DNA from: Octopus sinensis
Lineage: Eukaryota
NCBI RefSeq assembly: GCF_006345805.1
Contig: NW_021833428.1
Location: 10,304-74,303, forward strand
Direction: 5' to 3'
Length of the DNA stretch: 64,000 bases
Part shown: piece by piece, positions 60,947-64,000 of the stretch
Layout: each line of letters begins with the position of its first letter
Position numbering within the stretch: the first letter of the stretch is position 1
Made by a program: the position numbers and the translations under genes
Notes under the pieces: model-generated
Databases searched by the model: none
What the model saw: only the letters and a program-made list of their open reading frames with translations
Told to the model about the DNA's origin: nothing

Positions 60947-63928
60947 GAAAGGGAGAGTCTGTTCTAGTTGCGACAGATTCTTCCACCTTTCTTGCGTGCG
61001 TCTTTCCAGGCGCGTTTCTGCCTCTCTCTTAATTTGGGACTGTCCTTCCTGCCGCACTTGCCAGCCGGTTCAGTGTTCCAGCCCGCAAGAACTCCCCGAA
61101 AAAGCGCCACTCGCAACATCTCCGTCTGCCGAGGAAGTTCTCAAATCTATCAAGCTCTTCCGCCGTCTCCGGAAAATCCCATCCAGAATCCCAAAAGCTG
61201 CGCGTATCTTTGCAGCCTCCTCCTTGTCCGCCGCAATCGATAAGGCTTTGGCATCTGATGCCATTCCGATTGGCTTAAGCTGTTTTGCTTCGCCTCTTTC
61301 GGTCTCGGTTTTGCCCCATTAAGAGCCCGTGTGAAAACCTCCTCCATCTCGCTGGCTACAACCGTCAAACAAGAATTGGCCTTGTATGATAAGAACTTTT
61401 TTTCCATCCGCTGGCTGCGGGACCACCTCGCTAGCTCCAAATTTCCCTCTGGTTCACCATCCCATAATGTGTCCTCTCACGCGAATGACGTCGATTACCT
61501 CAACAGAAAGATTAATAGTAAACTCTTGGACGGGACGTTCGTGGTGCAGTTAGGCTGGTTGCCTCGACAAGTCCCCTTTTGCCCACGACCCCTGCTGTTT
61601 TAATTCCTCAGGGAAAAACATCCCCCTCAGCCAAACGACTTCAGGCCTCAGCCGTCCCCTGACACCCTCCTCGCTCTCAATCCTTTTGCTGTCTCGGAAA
61701 CTCTTGTACTGAAAGCCCTGAGGGACTTTTCACCTGGAAGCAGTGGTGGTGTAGATTGTCTGAGACCAGGTCATCTGAAAGACCTGACGTCTCCCACTAC
61801 CGCCGAAGCTGGTCGAAAACTCCTACGCTCAATCACCAACCTGTGCAACCGCTTCATCTCCGGTTCCCTCCCCGATTTTGCTCGTGATATTTTCTTTTCC
61901 GCCAACCTTACTGCCCTTGGGAAAAAGGACAACGGCGTGAGGCCCATCGCCGTGGGCAATATTTTCCGGAGGCTCTCCGCTAAACTTCTGTGTCGAGCCA
62001 TTGTTCCCTGCTTGTCCTCGAAGTTTCTGCCTGTCCAACTCGGGGTCGGCGTTCCTAACGGCTGCGAAGCTGCTGTCCACTCAATTCGTGACTTAACTGA
62101 ATCATTTGAGCAGTTTATTATGGTCAAATTGGACGTTTCCAACGCATTCAATTCCATCAGGCGGGACCACCTTCTGGAGTGCTGTCGTGAATTAGTCCCT
62201 TTCGCCTATCCCCTTGTGCATCTCTCTTATGCTTCCTCAAGTATCCTTATGTTCAACGATATACCTATTTCTTCGGCCACCGGGGTCCAACAGGGAGATC
62301 CCCTGGGTCCTGTCCTTTTTGCCTTGGGCGTTAACAGTATCGCTCACTCTGTTCGATCCCCAGTTAACATATGGTATCTGGATGACGCAACCATTTGTGG
62401 TCCCCCCGATGCTGTTTTTGACGACCTTCGTTCTATCCTCCCTTCCCTCTCGGACATCGGCCTATCTATAAACGCCGATAAATCCGAAATCGTGAACATT
62501 GCCTTAAATCCGAGTGACTTCACTGTTTCAATTTCCACGTGCCGAGGCATTCTCTCAGATGTCCGGATTACGGACAAATCAAATCTTACGATCCTCGGTG
62601 CCCCTATGGGGCCTTCTGCCCTCGAATGCTCACTCGCTGGAAAAATTTCCCACTTATCCAAAATGATCGACAAGCTTAAAGTCATAGAGCCTCATGTGGC
62701 TCTTTTCCTCCTCCGAAACCACTTTTCCGTCCCTAAGATCCTTTACACCCTAAGATGCGCACCCTGCTTTCAAAGAGACGACCTTCTTTCCGACCTTGAC
62801 AATATCCTCAGGCTCGGTACGAGCTCTCTTTGCAATCTGGCTTTCGACGATCCAGGCTGGACTCAGGCATCCCTGCCTGTGCGCTGGGGCGGCCTTGGCT
62901 TGAGATCCTATTCCGATCTTGCCCTCCCGGCATTCCTATCCGCTCATCACGCTTCTCGTACTCTCTCAGACATCGTTCTTAGAAACCTCCCGAACGGAAA
63001 TTGTCTGAAGTTTACTCTGCAGCCCCGTGGTCGGTGGGAGGCTCGGTTTGGTTCGAAGCTGCCCAATTCTCAATTTTCACAGCGTCAATGGGACGAAATC
63101 TCTTGTCAGGCAATCTTCGAAGGCCTGCTTCCTGTCTCCAATCAACACCGTGTCGCTTGCCTCCGTGCAGGTCGCTGTGAAGGCAGCGGTGTCTGGTTAA
63201 AGGCTCTCCCTCTCCCTTCCATCGGGAACCTGTTGGACAAGGAATGCCTAAGAATTGCAATCTCCCTCCGTGTCGGGCTGAAAATCTGCCAGACGCACAA
63301 ATGCCGTTGTGGGGGAACTGTTGACGAGTACGGTTTGCATCCCCTCGCTTGCCGGCGGAGTGCCGGTCGTGCCCCCCGTCACAGTGAACTCAACTCAGTC
63401 ATACAGAGAGCCCTCGCTTCAGCAGGCATCCCGTCAATCCTTGAACCTGTTGGATTGGATAGAGGGGATGGCAAACGCCCTGACGGCATGTCCACCTTCC
63501 CCTACGAGCAGGGGAAATCCCTTATTTGGATTCTACCTGCTCGGACACGTTCTCGCTGGGAAATCTCGCTCTGTCCGCCGCCAATCCTGGGCACGCTTCC
63601 AGGCAGGCCGAGGAGCGAAAGATTCTCAAGTACGGCCACCTCTCCAACTCGCTGCTCTTTACTCCAATTGCCGTGGAGTCCTCCGGGATCTTCGGTCCCA
63701 AGACACTCCGCTTCCTTCGCTCGCTCGGTCGACGGATTTCAAGGACTAGTCACGATCCAAGAGAGTTTTCTTGGCTCCTGGAACGTCTGTCGATTGCTGT
63801 GATCCGAGGGAACGGCTTCGCCATTCGCGAGGCTGGTCGGGTGTCTCGTAAGGCCTTTAATTAACTTAGCTATCTTTAATTTCTTTCTTGCTTTCATAAC
63901 AAAGGTTTTGAAATTAAAAAAAAAAAAG
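60947..63928 (+). mobile_element. CRE family A copy 2, 5'-truncated within the PHD region, near-identical to 53841-56767 in inverted orientation
   Basis: 621-aa RT-RLE ORF 61937-63802; stop at 63864; poly(A) at ~63917-63928. Confidence 0.93.
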
Positions 63929-64000
63929 TCATTTAGATGTGATTTTATGTCTACCAAAATGTCTCATTTTGAGATATTAATAGTATTTCGGAAATATACC

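Noticed and set aside
54417-63749. Numerous antisense and alternate-frame ORFs over the CRE elements
   Set aside because: By-products of GC-richer retroelement sequence and frameshifts; no independent motifs.
1-64000. Prokaryotic systems (CRISPR arrays, retrons, defence operons) and rRNA genes
   Set aside because: No repeat-spacer arrays or rRNA-like sequence; all RTs are eukaryotic non-LTR types and the host genes are intron-containing animal genes.

Overview
AT-rich animal genomic DNA (innexin, XBP1, PEN-2) with very short spliceosomal introns of about 19-32 nt. Together with a ciliary gene (TMEM218-like), this points by inference to a compact ciliated invertebrate such as a dicyemid mesozoan. 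Host genes: innexin, RRP46/EXOSC5, XBP1 (20-nt IRE1-type intron and dual reading frame), FAD synthase, a ZnT zinc transporter, CLEC16A, TMEM218-like, and a tight co-oriented cluster SMYD - histidine phosphatase - ORC5 - PEN-2 - TRMT10. An SLC5 symporter pseudogene forms a fold-back inverted duplication. The rest is a dense, nested transposon landscape: about 14 copies of CRE-like RT+RLE retrotransposons (three near-complete, PHD finger at the N-terminus), R4/Dong-like RLE elements, RTE-like and other LINE fragments, two long-TIR Tc1 elements, pogo, hAT and Ginger2-like DNA transposons (some with host-type mini-introns), and a probable tRNA-derived SINE. Many frameshifts fall in homopolymers and may be long-read errors. 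All family assignments come from motif recognition by eye, not from database searches.
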